A stretch of DNA of 54,971 bases from an uncultured Lentisphaerales bacterium (GCA_964592855.1 CAZQKI010000003.1:1273-56243), one strand, 5' to 3'. Positions 1 through 10,457 are shown, counted from the first letter of the stretch. Translations and numbers: made by a program. Notes: generated by a model from the letters alone, not told the origin.

Positions 1-2
1 GC

Positions 3-2993
3 GTCATCACGCACGCCCAGGAAACCGCGCTGAAGGCCTTTCCGGTTGAGCCCAACGCCTTCTACCGGCTCTCCTTCGAGGCCGAAGGGGCCGCGGCGCC
101 GGCGGTTCGGTGGACCATCCATCAGGTCGACGGCGAGGGTGAACTGCCTTACGACGGCTGCCTCGAAGCCGACTGGCAGCATCTCCGTGCAGGGGAGTCC
201 CGTTATCACCACGACTTCCTGACAGTCGGCGATGCGGTCGAGCTGCGGTTCAGCCTGATCCCCGCGGCACGCGCGCCGGCGCTGAAGTCGGTCACCCTCG
301 AGCGGATCACCGTGACGAATCTCATGTTGAACGGCGACTTTGCGCTGGGTGCAGGCAACCAGTCGGGCTGGAACGAGATGCACGGGGCGACGGTGATCGG
401 GGAGGGAGGCACCAACCTGCTGCAGGTCAACCCGAACGGCTATGCGCTGAGCGACTGCTTCCCCGTTGCCGATCAGGGCGGCTACACCTTCGTCAAGGGC
501 GCCAAGACGTGGCCGGGCGTCGCCGTGCTGGCCTATGACCGCAACCGGCGGCTGATCGACCGCGTACCCTACGCATTCAGAAACCGTCCGCCTTTGCGGA
601 TGCCGGCCGGCGCCGCATACGCCCGTCTGCTGTTCACAACCAGCCACGATCACATTCCCTCCTTCTGCACCAACCGCATCGTTTTCACGGGTCTGTTTCC
701 GTCCGGAACCAATCCGCCCCCCGCGCATGCGCCCGCCGTGCGGTTGCGGGCGGATTCGGAGATTGTCGTGAGCCCGCACGCCGATCCGCGCGAAGTCCAT
801 GCGGCGCGCGAACTGCGGCACTGGATCGGGGCGATCTCCGGCAGGACGCCGACGCTGCTGGCACGCCCGTCGGTCAAACGCAACGTTAAACTGCATGTGG
901 GCATCTCCCTCGCAGGTGCTTTCCGCGAGGATCTGGCGTGGCTGAAAGGATCCGACGGCTATGCCGTCAGAAGCCGTGACGGCGGAATCTACATTTTCGC
1001 GGCCAAGCCCCGTGGCACGCTCTTCGGCGTCTACGCGCTGCTCGAGCGCAACTCGGACATCCTCTGGCCCCGTCCGAATCCCGCTTTCGAAGCGATCTTC
1101 ACTCCCGATCCCGGCCTTGCGTTCAAGGCGGCCGACTTCCGGTCGCGCCCGGTATTCGCCCTGCGCCACATCAGCACGGGCGGCTATGACGGCGAGCGGA
1201 ATGCGTTCCGCTTCCAGGACTGGATGGCGCGCAACGGGTTGAACACCGACACGCGGATGCACCGGGGGCTCGACTACCTCGTCTGGCAGCGCGGCGCACC
1301 GGCCGTCTACGGCACCAGCCACATCGGCTGGCTCGGCGCGGCTCCCGACCGCGATAACACCCTCTATCCGCTGATCGACGGTGCGCACAGCATCAGCCGC
1401 TGGCGCCAGCCCTGCTACACGCACCCCGACACGGTCCCGACCATCGTCGCCGCGATCCGGGCCAAGCTCGCACTGCTACCGGACCAGCCGGTCGAACAGG
1501 TCCACTCGATCATCGCCGACAACTGGAGCGTCTGCGCCTGCGCGCGCTGCATGCAGCCGATCCGTCTGCCCGACGGCAGCCTGCTGAAACCGCAGTCGCC
1601 TTACGCCAACAAGGACTCGCTCTTCTTTTCGACGCGCAATTTCATCATGCTCAACGCCGTCGCGGAGGCGCTGGCCAAGGACTTTCCCAACCTGCGCATC
1701 CTCACCCACGCCTACATCTTCACGGCAGAGCCGCCCAAAGTGCCGGTTCACCCGAACATCATTCCGCAGTTTGCCGCCTATCCGACGCAGAACGCGCGCT
1801 ATCCGATCCTGGCCGGCAAAGGGATGCCGCTCAGCGAATATTCGGCCGACGTCTGGAAACGCCGCTTCGCGGGGTGGGGAACTTGGAAACCGGATGGCCT
1901 GGGTTTCTTCGGCTACTACTACATGCCGGGCTTCAATGCGCTGGCCGAAACGGCGGCGGACGATTTCAGGGACCTGGCGCGATTCGGCGGGGTCTATGTC
2001 CACACCGAAGGCTTTCCGGTCGACGACGAAGCGCTTTCGACCTGGGATGTCGACGGCCCCGAGAAGTGGATCATGGCCCGGCTGATGTGGGACCCCGCCC
2101 AGTCCGCTGCCGACTTGCGTGACACCTATATTCAAAAGGTGTACCGCGAGGCCGCGCCGCAAATGCGAGCTTTTCACGCGCTCATCGGGAAGGCCTGGCA
2201 TGACGAGGCGAACGATCTTTTTGTGAATTGTCACTCCCAGGTCCGGGATCTTTACGAAGGCCTGCTGGTAAAGCCGGGAATCGAGCAGGAGGCGCGTGCG
2301 CGGCTGGTCGAGGCCGCTGCCGCGGCACAGCATCCCCAGGCGAAGGCGATGATCCAACGGACCCTGGCGCATTTTGATCAGTTCAGGGATAGCCTGGGTA
2401 GGCATGTGGTGCCGCTCGTGGAGGAGTCGCGTCAGGCATGGAGCGACGCCGTCTCGCCCCACTGGGAGAAGGCGCTGGTGCTCGGGCCGTTCAAGCAGGT
2501 GGACGACTGGCGGCGGTTTGAGGGTGCACTCGCCGTGCATCAGACCGAGGTGCGCATCATGCACGACGGCGAACAACTGTACATCCGGGTCGTGGCCCAT
2601 GACGATAGGCCCGGCGAAGTGGTGGCCCCGCCGAAAGCTGAGACCGAGCGCTTTCCGAACGGCGACCGCTTCGAACTGATCGGTGTCGGCGGAAAACCCG
2701 GGCGCCGGTATTTCGCGGCCGGTCCGAACGGCAACCGCTACGCCGATCCGAAGACCGATACCCCCTGGCGGGTTCAAACGACTGTGCGGCCCGATGCCTG
2801 GATAGACATGATCGCCATTCCACTTGCGGAGTTCGGTCTGAACCCGGCGGATCCAACCTTCAAAGCCAGGGTGGGGCGGGTCTACCGGCTTGCAGGCGAG
2901 GTGCGCGAAGAGAGCACGCCGAGCGGGACCAGCCTCTACAACGAGCACGAATCGTTTTGGATGACCCTGAATCTGGAAAGGAAGGAGCGCTGA
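3..2993 (+). CDS. DUF4838-family putative carbohydrate-active protein (5' partial) with N-terminal CBM-like domains and a C-terminal sugar-binding domain
   Basis: The frame is open from position 3 (VITHAQETALKAFPVEPN...) into the 312..2993 ORF, so the gene starts off the left edge. It has a GH20/GH67 N-domain-like segment (AARELRHWI...DGYAVR...GTLFGVYALLE), the DUF4838-type DNxxxCxCxxC motif, and MARLMWDP. Confidence 0.75.
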   Translation, partial: VITHAQETALKAFPVEPNAFYRLSFEAEGAAAPAVRWTIHQVDGEGELPYDGCLEADWQHLRAGESRYHHDFLTVGDAVELRFSLIPAARAPALKSVTLERITVTNLMLNGDFALGAGNQSGWNEMHGATVIGEGGTNLLQVNPNGYALSDCFPVADQGGYTFVKGAKTWPGVAVLAYDRNRRLIDRVPYAFRNRPPLRMPAGAAYARLLFTTSHDHIPSFCTNRIVFTGLFPSGTNPPPAHAPAVRLRADSEIVVSPHADPREVHAARELRHWIGAISGRTPTLLARPSVKRNVKLHVGISLAGAFREDLAWLKGSDGYAVRSRDGGIYIFAAKPRGTLFGVYALLERNSDILWPRPNPAFEAIFTPDPGLAFKAADFRSRPVFALRHISTGGYDGERNAFRFQDWMARNGLNTDTRMHRGLDYLVWQRGAPAVYGTSHIGWLGAAPDRDNTLYPLIDGAHSISRWRQPCYTHPDTVPTIVAAIRAKLALLPDQPVEQVHSIIADNWSVCACARCMQPIRLPDGSLLKPQSPYANKDSLFFSTRNFIMLNAVAEALAKDFPNLRILTHAYIFTAEPPKVPVHPNIIPQFAAYPTQNARYPILAGKGMPLSEYSADVWKRRFAGWGTWKPDGLGFFGYYYMPGFNALAETAADDFRDLARFGGVYVHTEGFPVDDEALSTWDVDGPEKWIMARLMWDPAQSAADLRDTYIQKVYREAAPQMRAFHALIGKAWHDEANDLFVNCHSQVRDLYEGLLVKPGIEQEARARLVEAAAAAQHPQAKAMIQRTLAHFDQFRDSLGRHVVPLVEESRQAWSDAVSPHWEKALVLGPFKQVDDWRRFEGALAVHQTEVRIMHDGEQLYIRVVAHDDRPGEVVAPPKAETERFPNGDRFELIGVGGKPGRRYFAAGPNGNRYADPKTDTPWRVQTTVRPDAWIDMIAIPLAEFGLNPADPTFKARVGRVYRLAGEVREESTPSGTSLYNEHESFWMTLNLERKER

Positions 2994-2994
2994 C

Positions 2995-3906
2995 ATGCGT
3001 GCGATCCTGCTTGCCCTCTGCGCCCTGTTCGGCGTGGCGCGCGTCGGCCTCGGTGCGGAGCCTCCTGCCGTCCGCGACTTCACGGCGGCCTCGGCCGGAC
3101 AACAGCTGCGCGACGCGCCCAAGGGCGTTGCTGTTGCCGAGTCGGCCGGCGGTGGACGGTGCCTCGCCGTCGCGGGGTCGGTCGGCCAGTACGACCTGAT
3201 CGCGGTCGCGGTCCAACCGGAGACCAAGTACCGGATCAACCTGCGCGCCCGCATCGACGGCGAGCGGACCATCGAGCAGAACGACCGTGCGCATATCGAT
3301 GCGGTGCAGCGGAACGGGCGTTGGGAAGCCAGCTATCAGGTCGTGTTTTTCGACGATTCCACTAATGCAGAGGGGTGGGTGCAGAACGGCGGCTTCATTC
3401 TCACGGCCGCGTGGCACGATTACGTGCATGTCTTCCACACGCCGCCGAACGTGCGGCGCGTCTGCATTCGCCTGCTGCCGCGCAAGCACGGCACCTACGT
3501 CGAACGCGTCTCGCTGGTGCCAGACGACGAAGGGGGCACGGTCAACGCCAATCCCGACTTCCGTTACGGCGAGTTGAACTACTGCGGCTGGCGTCCGCAG
3601 CGGGATGGGCGCATCTACCGGCGGCCCGACGGCTCCTGCGTGTTCCGTTCCGGCTACGGCGGAGCGTCGCCGCTATTTCCCCTGCGTGCCGGCCTGCCGT
3701 ATCGCCTGGCGGCAACGGGTGATGGCGGCCACATGAACCTGGACTACTCCGATGCGCAAGGGAAGATCATCACCAGCCGTTTTCTGCTCCGGCCGACGCC
3801 GGAAGGGGTTTCTGTTGAGCTAACCCCGCCGGACGGGACGGTGTCGGGCCGCGTCGTTCTTTACGGCGTTCTGCTGGATGCGTTCACCGTGATTCCGGGC
3901 AAATGA
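2995..3906 (+). CDS. Secreted hypothetical protein with two carbohydrate-binding-like beta-sandwich modules
   Basis: 303-aa ORF with a signal peptide (MRAILLALCALFG...), 1 bp after the upstream stop. NPDFxxGxxNxxGW motif is shared with the upstream protein. Confidence 0.7.
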   Translation: MRAILLALCALFGVARVGLGAEPPAVRDFTAASAGQQLRDAPKGVAVAESAGGGRCLAVAGSVGQYDLIAVAVQPETKYRINLRARIDGERTIEQNDRAHIDAVQRNGRWEASYQVVFFDDSTNAEGWVQNGGFILTAAWHDYVHVFHTPPNVRRVCIRLLPRKHGTYVERVSLVPDDEGGTVNANPDFRYGELNYCGWRPQRDGRIYRRPDGSCVFRSGYGGASPLFPLRAGLPYRLAATGDGGHMNLDYSDAQGKIITSRFLLRPTPEGVSVELTPPDGTVSGRVVLYGVLLDAFTVIPGK

Positions 3907-3977
3907 GCGTTCCCAGGGAGGCAACATGACGCGAGTTTTTCTAACGTGAATTTAACCAAAAAATAACTGAAAAGGCC

Positions 3978-4006
3978 TTGCCGACATGGCGCATCTTTGG
4001 GAAAAT
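3978..4006 (+). promoter_or_regulatory. Putative sigma70 promoter
   Basis: TTGCCG-17 bp-GAAAAT with an extended -10 TG, preceded by an AT-rich UP-like tract (about 3936-3973). Confidence 0.4.
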
Positions 4007-4106
4007 GACGTCGTTCAACTGCCCGTGTGCCCGTGCATTGTTCGCTGAAGTGCCGTCGGCCGGCGGAGGATGACCACGGCGAAATGATGATCCATGAGGG
4101 GGACGT

Positions 4107-6920
4107 ATGCAAAACAGCAGTCAACTGGTCTTGGCTTCCATGCTCGTCTTGTTCAGCTTCTTCGGCCTTCCGGGGCAAATGCGCGGGGCGGGCGTTACGG
4201 TCGTCTCCGAAAATTTCAACGCGCTGGGCACCTCGGCGACGGCTGCTTTGCCCGGCGGCTGGAAGGTCGATGGCCAAACAACGACGGCTCGAAGCCCGGT
4301 CTCCCATGCCGCTGCGGGCACGGCCACGACCCAGCAAGCGACGGGTGGAAATCCCACAACATCCGGCATCTACAATTTCGGCAGCGATGCATCGGACCGC
4401 GCCGTCGGCTGGCTCGCTACCGGAACCGCCTTCAAGAACTGCAATCTCTATGTCTCATATGTCAATAGCGGCGCCGTTGCCATCGACCATTTCACAGTCT
4501 CCTTCACCGGGCGGAAGTTCAAGCACAATTCCAATGCCGCCGGCTTTTCGCTGCGCCTGTTCACCTCCACCGACGATGCGAACTGGACGGAGGTTGCCGC
4601 CGGGCGCTTGACCTGGACTGTCGACGAATCGACGCTGTCCCCGAAGGTTGTCGTCGACGCCCTCGTGCAGCAGACGTTGGAGCCGGGGCAGACTCTCTAT
4701 TTTGCCTGGAACTACTGCGTGACGACCGGCACCACCACCTCGTATGCGCAGGGTCTGGGTGTCGACAATGTCACGATCACGGCCTATCCCGTTGAGGCGG
4801 ATGCGCCGGCGGTTTACGTGTCGACCAACGCGTTGAGCGGCTTTTCCGCGATCATTGGTGCGCCCTCGACGGCTCAGTCCTTCAGCTTCACCGGCAGCAA
4901 CCTGACGGCCGAGGTGACGCTGACCGCGCCGGACGGCTTTGAGCTTTCGTGGGACGGCAGCACCTATGCCCCCAGTCTCACGAATGCCAACAGCGGCACC
5001 ATCGCCCCCCGCTCCGTCCAGGTGCGCCTGGCCGCGGCCGGTTCGGTCAACGACAACGTGGCCGGCAACCTGAGCCTGGCCGGTGGCGGACTGCTCTACC
5101 CCGTGAGCCTCGCGCTGACAGGAGCCGTGCTGCGCGACAGGTCCGGCGATACCTTTTGCGAGGATTTCGAAGCCGGAAGCAAAGCCACGTATGCCTCCAA
5201 TGACGTCACCTGCGCATCGGGTCGATGGAGCCTCGACAACATGCTTCTGGGCACGGGCGTCAACGACAAGAAGCACGACACCCAGGCGGTCCGCGGCTAC
5301 GGCACGGTGACTATGCTGTTCGACAAGACCAATGGCGTGGGCCAGATCAGCATCCATCATGGCATGTATGGCACGGACAGCGCAGCCGGCGTGGCGTGGA
5401 CGCTCTTGGTTTCGCAGAACGCCGGCAACACGTGGACGGCCTACGCATCCGCGCCGCAGGCGCCTGATTCGACGTTGCGGGAGGTTGTCTTTGAATCGGT
5501 CAACCTGCCGGGTTCCGTCCGCATCAAGGTTGTGGTATCCGGCGGATCATCCACCAAGCGCGTCAACTTCGACGATATCTGCATGACCGACTACATTGCG
5601 CCGGTGGTTTCGGCTCTGCCGGCGGTGCTGAATCCGTTTTCCGTGCGTCTGCAGGTGCCGGCCGTCCCCTCGGCGCCACGAACCTTCGTCGTCTCGGGGC
5701 TCAACCTGAGCAACGTGGTTGTCGTCGCGGCCCCAGCGGGATTTGCCGTCTCCCGTGAAAGCAACGCCGGCTATGCCGACTCGCTGACGCTGCCGCAGAT
5801 GAATGGCGTCGTCCAGAACACGACGATCCACGTCCGCCTGACGGGCGCCGCTTCGGGCAGTTTCGCGGGGAATGTCGTCGTATCGAGCTCCGGCGCCGCC
5901 CCGGTGAACGTGGCGGTCGCGGGCGAGGTGGTCGACAACCTGCGTCCGGTGCTGACGGGTCTGCCCATCGCGACGAACACGCTGGCGAACCATCGGATCG
6001 AGCTCGAGGTCCTGGCCTCCGATACCGATGGCTCGGTCGCGGATCTTGCCGTGTCGAGCGTGGACATCCCTGGCGCTTCCGCCGGACTCGACGTGCAGAT
6101 CGAGGGCGGCGCACGGCGCGGCGTCTGGTCGTGGACGCCGTCGCAGGCGGGAACCCACACCGTGACCTTCACCGCAACTGACAACGAGGGCGGCATCACC
6201 GCGTGTACCGTGACGATTGTCGTGGCGCCGGAGTGGATTCTCGCCGTCGCCCCCGGCAAGACCTTCCGCCAGTCTTTTGACGGCATCGGCACGAATGCGG
6301 CAGCCCCGCTCCCGGCGGGGTGGAAGGTGGAGAAGCAAGCTTCCGTCCGGACGGTCGGCTCCTTTGCGGCGGCGCTCCAGGCGACGGAGAAAATCGGCGG
6401 CAACGCGTTGGCTTCGAATGCCCCAAATGGTATCTACAACTTCGGCGCCGGCGACGAAGCCACGGCGTCGGACCGCGCCGTCGGTTTCCTCAGCAGCAGC
6501 AGCGACACCAAATCGGGATCCCTGATGGTTTGCCTGGTGAACCGTTCAAAAGATCCCATCCCCGGGTTCACACTCGCCTTTGATGTGGAGAAGTACCGGT
6601 CGGGCACGAACGTCAATGGGTTCGCCGTCCAGGTCTACGCCTCACCCGACGGCGAAACCTGGAGCGAAGCGGGGCCGGCGGCCCGCGTGTCCTTCCCGGC
6701 CGATGCCGTGACGGACGGCTACAATCCGGCGCCGGGGCCGGTGGCGACGGCAGCGGGCGGCGTGAGTCTGGGCAAACTCCGGCCCGGCGAGTCGCTCTAT
6801 CTGGCCTGGAACTATTCCGTTGCCGGAGGTACCTACACCGCCTATGCACAGGCGTTGGCGATCGACGACATCGTCATCAAGGCCGAAGCGTCTCCGCAAA
6901 CCGTGTTGATTGTGCGGTGA
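4107..6920 (+). CDS. Secreted modular beta-rich protein (duplicated terminal domain, Ig-like/cadherin-like domains) with short C-terminal motif PQTVLIVR
   Basis: 937-aa ORF with SD GAGGGG and a signal peptide. N- and C-terminal domains are homologous (LPxGWKV...GIYNFG...SDRAVG...LYxAWNY...YAQxLxxDxxxI). Two SNLxxxVxxxAPxGFxxS Ig-like repeats; SDTDG...WTP...TFTATD cadherin-like domain. Confidence 0.8.
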   Translation: MQNSSQLVLASMLVLFSFFGLPGQMRGAGVTVVSENFNALGTSATAALPGGWKVDGQTTTARSPVSHAAAGTATTQQATGGNPTTSGIYNFGSDASDRAVGWLATGTAFKNCNLYVSYVNSGAVAIDHFTVSFTGRKFKHNSNAAGFSLRLFTSTDDANWTEVAAGRLTWTVDESTLSPKVVVDALVQQTLEPGQTLYFAWNYCVTTGTTTSYAQGLGVDNVTITAYPVEADAPAVYVSTNALSGFSAIIGAPSTAQSFSFTGSNLTAEVTLTAPDGFELSWDGSTYAPSLTNANSGTIAPRSVQVRLAAAGSVNDNVAGNLSLAGGGLLYPVSLALTGAVLRDRSGDTFCEDFEAGSKATYASNDVTCASGRWSLDNMLLGTGVNDKKHDTQAVRGYGTVTMLFDKTNGVGQISIHHGMYGTDSAAGVAWTLLVSQNAGNTWTAYASAPQAPDSTLREVVFESVNLPGSVRIKVVVSGGSSTKRVNFDDICMTDYIAPVVSALPAVLNPFSVRLQVPAVPSAPRTFVVSGLNLSNVVVVAAPAGFAVSRESNAGYADSLTLPQMNGVVQNTTIHVRLTGAASGSFAGNVVVSSSGAAPVNVAVAGEVVDNLRPVLTGLPIATNTLANHRIELEVLASDTDGSVADLAVSSVDIPGASAGLDVQIEGGARRGVWSWTPSQAGTHTVTFTATDNEGGITACTVTIVVAPEWILAVAPGKTFRQSFDGIGTNAAAPLPAGWKVEKQASVRTVGSFAAALQATEKIGGNALASNAPNGIYNFGAGDEATASDRAVGFLSSSSDTKSGSLMVCLVNRSKDPIPGFTLAFDVEKYRSGTNVNGFAVQVYASPDGETWSEAGPAARVSFPADAVTDGYNPAPGPVATAAGGVSLGKLRPGESLYLAWNYSVAGGTYTAYAQALAIDDIVIKAEASPQTVLIVR

Positions 6921-7040
6921 CGATGTGGCTTGCATAAAACGCTGATTTGGTGTCAAATAGAACCCGTCGGCAGGCGCGGGGTTTTGATTCAGCCCCCCCT
7001 CTGCAATTTTTCGTGCATGCTTTGTCTAGGAGCCTTTTCC

Positions 7041-8765
7041 ATGCGTTGGACCCGTTCGCTGATTAACACCTTGCGTGAGGAACCCCAGGAGGCGGAGATC
7101 GTCAGCCACAAGCTGATGCTGCGCGCGGGGTTGATTCGCCGTCTCGGCGGCGGCCTCTACACCTTCATGCCGCTGGGCTTGCGTGCCTTGCGCAAGGTCG
7201 AGCGGATCGTCCGCGAGGAGATGGACCGTGCGGGTGCCCTCGAGATTCTGATGCCTGCGCTTCAACCTTCCGAGCTCTGGGAGCAGTCGGGCCGCCTCGG
7301 CGCGATGGGCGCGAGCATGTTCAGGCTGCGGGACCGCGCGGAGCGGACGCTGGTTCTCGGGCCGACGCATGAGGAGGTCGTGACCGATCTCGCCGCCCGC
7401 GAAATCAATTCGTACCGTCAGCTTCCCTGCACGCTCTACCAGATCCAGACGAAGTTCCGCGACGAGATCCGTCCGCGCTTCGGCCTGATGCGCGCCAAGG
7501 AATTCATCATGAAGGACGCCTACAGCTTCGACGTCAGCCTGGACGCGGCCGATGCCAGCTACCAGGCGATGTACGACGCCTACGTGAGGATCTTCGCCCG
7601 CTGCGGGCTGGAGACGCGCCCCGTCGAGGCCGACACGGGCGACATCGGGGGCAACTGGTCACACGAGTTCATGGTCATGGCGGATGCGGGGGAGGACGCC
7701 ATCATCCTCTGCGACGCCTGCGCCTATGCCGCCAACCAGGAGCGTGCCGAGCGCCGTCCGGCGGCCGCGACCGCGGCGGCGGCGACGCTCGCGCTGGAAG
7801 CGGTCGAGACGCCGAACGTGCGGACGATCGACGAGGTGGCGCGTTTTCTGAATTGCCCGCCGCGGCAGCTGGTCAAGACGATCATCTGCCTGATCGACGG
7901 CCAGCCGGCGGCGGTGCTGGTCGAAGGTGACCGCGAGCTCAACCTGCACAAGCTGAAGCGCGCCGTGGGCGCCCGGAGCGTGGAGCTGGCCGACGAAGCG
8001 GCCATCCTGAAGGCCACGGGGGCGCCGATCGGGTTTGCCGGTCCGGCGGGTCTGAAGATTCCGATCTACGCCGACCGCGCGCTGCAGGGGGCGACGGACC
8101 GCGTCAGCGGCGCCAACCGCGCCGACACCCATGTGCGCCATCTGGACCTGGCCCGCGATGCGTCGGTGACGGCCTTTCACGATCTGGCGCTGGTCGTGGC
8201 CGGCGATGATTGTCCGCACTGTGCAGGCAAGCTGATCGAGAAGCGCGGCATCGAGGTCGGGCATGTCTTCAAGCTCGGCACCAAGTACACCGAGTCTTTC
8301 AACGCCAAGTTTCTGGGCGAGCAGGGAGGGGCGGCGGAGACGATCGTCATGGGCTGCTACGGCATCGGCGTGACGCGCACCCTGCAGGCGGTCATCGAGC
8401 AGCGGCATGATGGAGACGGGATACTCTGGCCGGCCTCGGTCGCGCCCTACGCCGTTGCGCTGTTGCTGCTGGATCCCAAAGACCCGAAGGTTGCGGCGGC
8501 CGTCACGAAGCTGGAGGCCGAGTTGGAGGCGCTCGGGCTGGACGTGCTGGTCGACGACCGGGAGGAGCGTCCCGGCGTGAAGTTCAAGGATGCCGATCTG
8601 ATCGGGTGTCCCTTCCGCGTCGTGGCGGGCGCGAAGGCCCTGGCGAAGGACTGCGTGGAAGTGCGTCCGCGCGGGGCGAAGGAGAGCGTGCTGGTTCCGG
8701 TGGCCGAAGTTGCGGCTTGGCTGGATGGTCGGTATCGTGAATCATTGAAGACGGTGAACGCGTAG
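7041..8765 (+). CDS. proS: Proline--tRNA ligase (bacterial type with INS editing domain)
   Basis: SHKLMLRAG, GPTHEE, QIQTKFRDEIRPRFGLMR, GIEVGHVFKLG, MGCYGIG, RPGVKFKDADLIG. SD AGGAG before ATG 7041. Confidence 0.97.
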   Translation: MRWTRSLINTLREEPQEAEIVSHKLMLRAGLIRRLGGGLYTFMPLGLRALRKVERIVREEMDRAGALEILMPALQPSELWEQSGRLGAMGASMFRLRDRAERTLVLGPTHEEVVTDLAAREINSYRQLPCTLYQIQTKFRDEIRPRFGLMRAKEFIMKDAYSFDVSLDAADASYQAMYDAYVRIFARCGLETRPVEADTGDIGGNWSHEFMVMADAGEDAIILCDACAYAANQERAERRPAAATAAAATLALEAVETPNVRTIDEVARFLNCPPRQLVKTIICLIDGQPAAVLVEGDRELNLHKLKRAVGARSVELADEAAILKATGAPIGFAGPAGLKIPIYADRALQGATDRVSGANRADTHVRHLDLARDASVTAFHDLALVVAGDDCPHCAGKLIEKRGIEVGHVFKLGTKYTESFNAKFLGEQGGAAETIVMGCYGIGVTRTLQAVIEQRHDGDGILWPASVAPYAVALLLLDPKDPKVAAAVTKLEAELEALGLDVLVDDREERPGVKFKDADLIGCPFRVVAGAKALAKDCVEVRPRGAKESVLVPVAEVAAWLDGRYRESLKTVNA

Positions 8766-8777
8766 AGAGGGGATAAC

Positions 8778-9155
8778 ATGGAACACTTGCCGAAGAAACC
8801 ACGTCCGGGGCGCCGTGCGCGCGCGCTGCACGAAACCATGACGCGTCGTGAACTGGCGCAGAAGATCCACGAGAAGCTGGACAAGCGGCGCTCCTCCAGC
8901 GAGATGCTGGAATATGTGCAGGCGATGATCGACTGCATGACAGAGGCGATGCTGGAGGGACGCCATATCGAGTTCCGGGATTTTGGCGTCTTTGAAGTGG
9001 TTGAGCGCAAGGCGCGGTTGGGACGCAATCCCAAGAAGCCGGACGATGTTTTCGAAATACCGCCCCGCAGGGTCATCAAGTTCAAGGTCGCGCGGAAGTT
9101 GTCGGTGCGCATTGCGATGGCCCAAGTGCCGGGCGTTAACAACGGAATGAAATGA
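8778..9155 (+). CDS. HU/IHF-family DNA-binding protein with basic N-terminal extension
   Basis: MTRRELA...IEFRDFGVFEVVERKARLGRNPK...IPPRRVIKFK signature. Confidence 0.92.
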   Translation: MEHLPKKPRPGRRARALHETMTRRELAQKIHEKLDKRRSSSEMLEYVQAMIDCMTEAMLEGRHIEFRDFGVFEVVERKARLGRNPKKPDDVFEIPPRRVIKFKVARKLSVRIAMAQVPGVNNGMK

Positions 9156-10456
9156 TGGATGCCCTGAACCGGATCAACAGCACGGAACCGATGTCGTTCG
9201 AGCCCCCCCGCGGCATGCGGGATTTCTACCCGGAGGAGATGGCCTGGCGGAACCGCATTTTCGAAGCCTTCCGCCGGGCGGCCGACCGGTTTGGCTTTGC
9301 ACCTTACGATGCCTGCGTCGTCGAGCGGCTGGAACTGCTCCAGCGCAAAAGCGGCGAAGAGGTCTCCGAGCAGATCTACGGCTTCGAGGACAAGAGCGGG
9401 CGCAAGCTCGCGTTGCGGCCGGAGATGACGCCGACGCTGGCGCGGATGATCGCGGCGCGGCAGGGGCAGTTGCAGTTTCCGCTCAAGTGGTCGGCGATCG
9501 CGCAATGCTTCCGCTACGAGCGGATGACGCGGGGGCGGAAGCGCGAGCATTACCAGTGGAACCTGGACATCGTCGGCGAAGCCGGCGTGAGCGCGGAGGT
9601 GGAAGTGCTGGCCGCCGCGGCGCTGGCGTTGCAGTTGATGGGGATGCCCGACGACGCCTACCGCATCCATGTGAACAACCGCGCGCTGCTGAGCGAGCTC
9701 CTGCTGAAGCTCGGCATCGAGGCCCGGCACCATGCCGCCGTGTTCCTCGCGCTGGACAAGCGGGGCAAGCTGCCGGACGCGGAGATCACGGCCTTGCTGA
9801 CCGCCGAAGGGCTGCCGCAAGGCGTCATCGACCGCGCCTTCGAGCTGATGGCCGTGCAAAGTCTCGACCAGGCGGCGGCGATGGCCGGCGAAGGTTCTCC
9901 GGCTGTTGCGCGTCTGCGCGAACTCTTCGACCTGGCGGGGCGCTATGGCATCGCGGACCGGATGGTTTTCGACATCTCCGTCATCCGGGGCCTGGCCTAC
10001 TACACGGACATTGTCTTCGAGGCGTTTGATGCGCAACGCCAGTGCCGGGCGATTTTCGGCGGCGGCCGCTACGACAATCTGCTGACGGCCATCGGCGGCG
10101 TGCCCACGCCCGCCGTCGGCATCGGCTTCGGCGACGTGGTCATCGTGGACGTGTTGAAGGCGCTTCTCGGCGACGAGGCGGGAGCGGCGCGCGAAGGCGT
10201 CGCCATCGGCTACATGTTCGCCGAACAGCGGAATGCGGCGGTGGCGCTGGCGGTTCGCCTGCGCAACGAGGGGCGCCCCGTGAATCTTTCGCTCGCCCCG
10301 CAGAAGCCCAAGGCCTTTTTTGCCCGCGCCGGCGCCGGGACCTGCAGCCATGCGGTTTTCATCGGCCCCGACGACGTGGCGGCGTCGCGTGCGCAGATGA
10401 AGGATCTGGCCACGCGCGAGGCCATTGACATCACGCTGCAAGCAGAGGGTATTTGA
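9152..10456 (+). CDS. hisS: Histidine--tRNA ligase
   Basis: PRGMRDF, LRPEMTPTLAR, FRYER, REHYQW, IRGLAYYT, GGGRYDNL. ATGA overlap with the HU gene; the true start may be 9155 or 9191. Confidence 0.95.
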   Translation: MMDALNRINSTEPMSFEPPRGMRDFYPEEMAWRNRIFEAFRRAADRFGFAPYDACVVERLELLQRKSGEEVSEQIYGFEDKSGRKLALRPEMTPTLARMIAARQGQLQFPLKWSAIAQCFRYERMTRGRKREHYQWNLDIVGEAGVSAEVEVLAAAALALQLMGMPDDAYRIHVNNRALLSELLLKLGIEARHHAAVFLALDKRGKLPDAEITALLTAEGLPQGVIDRAFELMAVQSLDQAAAMAGEGSPAVARLRELFDLAGRYGIADRMVFDISVIRGLAYYTDIVFEAFDAQRQCRAIFGGGRYDNLLTAIGGVPTPAVGIGFGDVVIVDVLKALLGDEAGAAREGVAIGYMFAEQRNAAVALAVRLRNEGRPVNLSLAPQKPKAFFARAGAGTCSHAVFIGPDDVAASRAQMKDLATREAIDITLQAEGI

Positions 10457-10457
10457 C

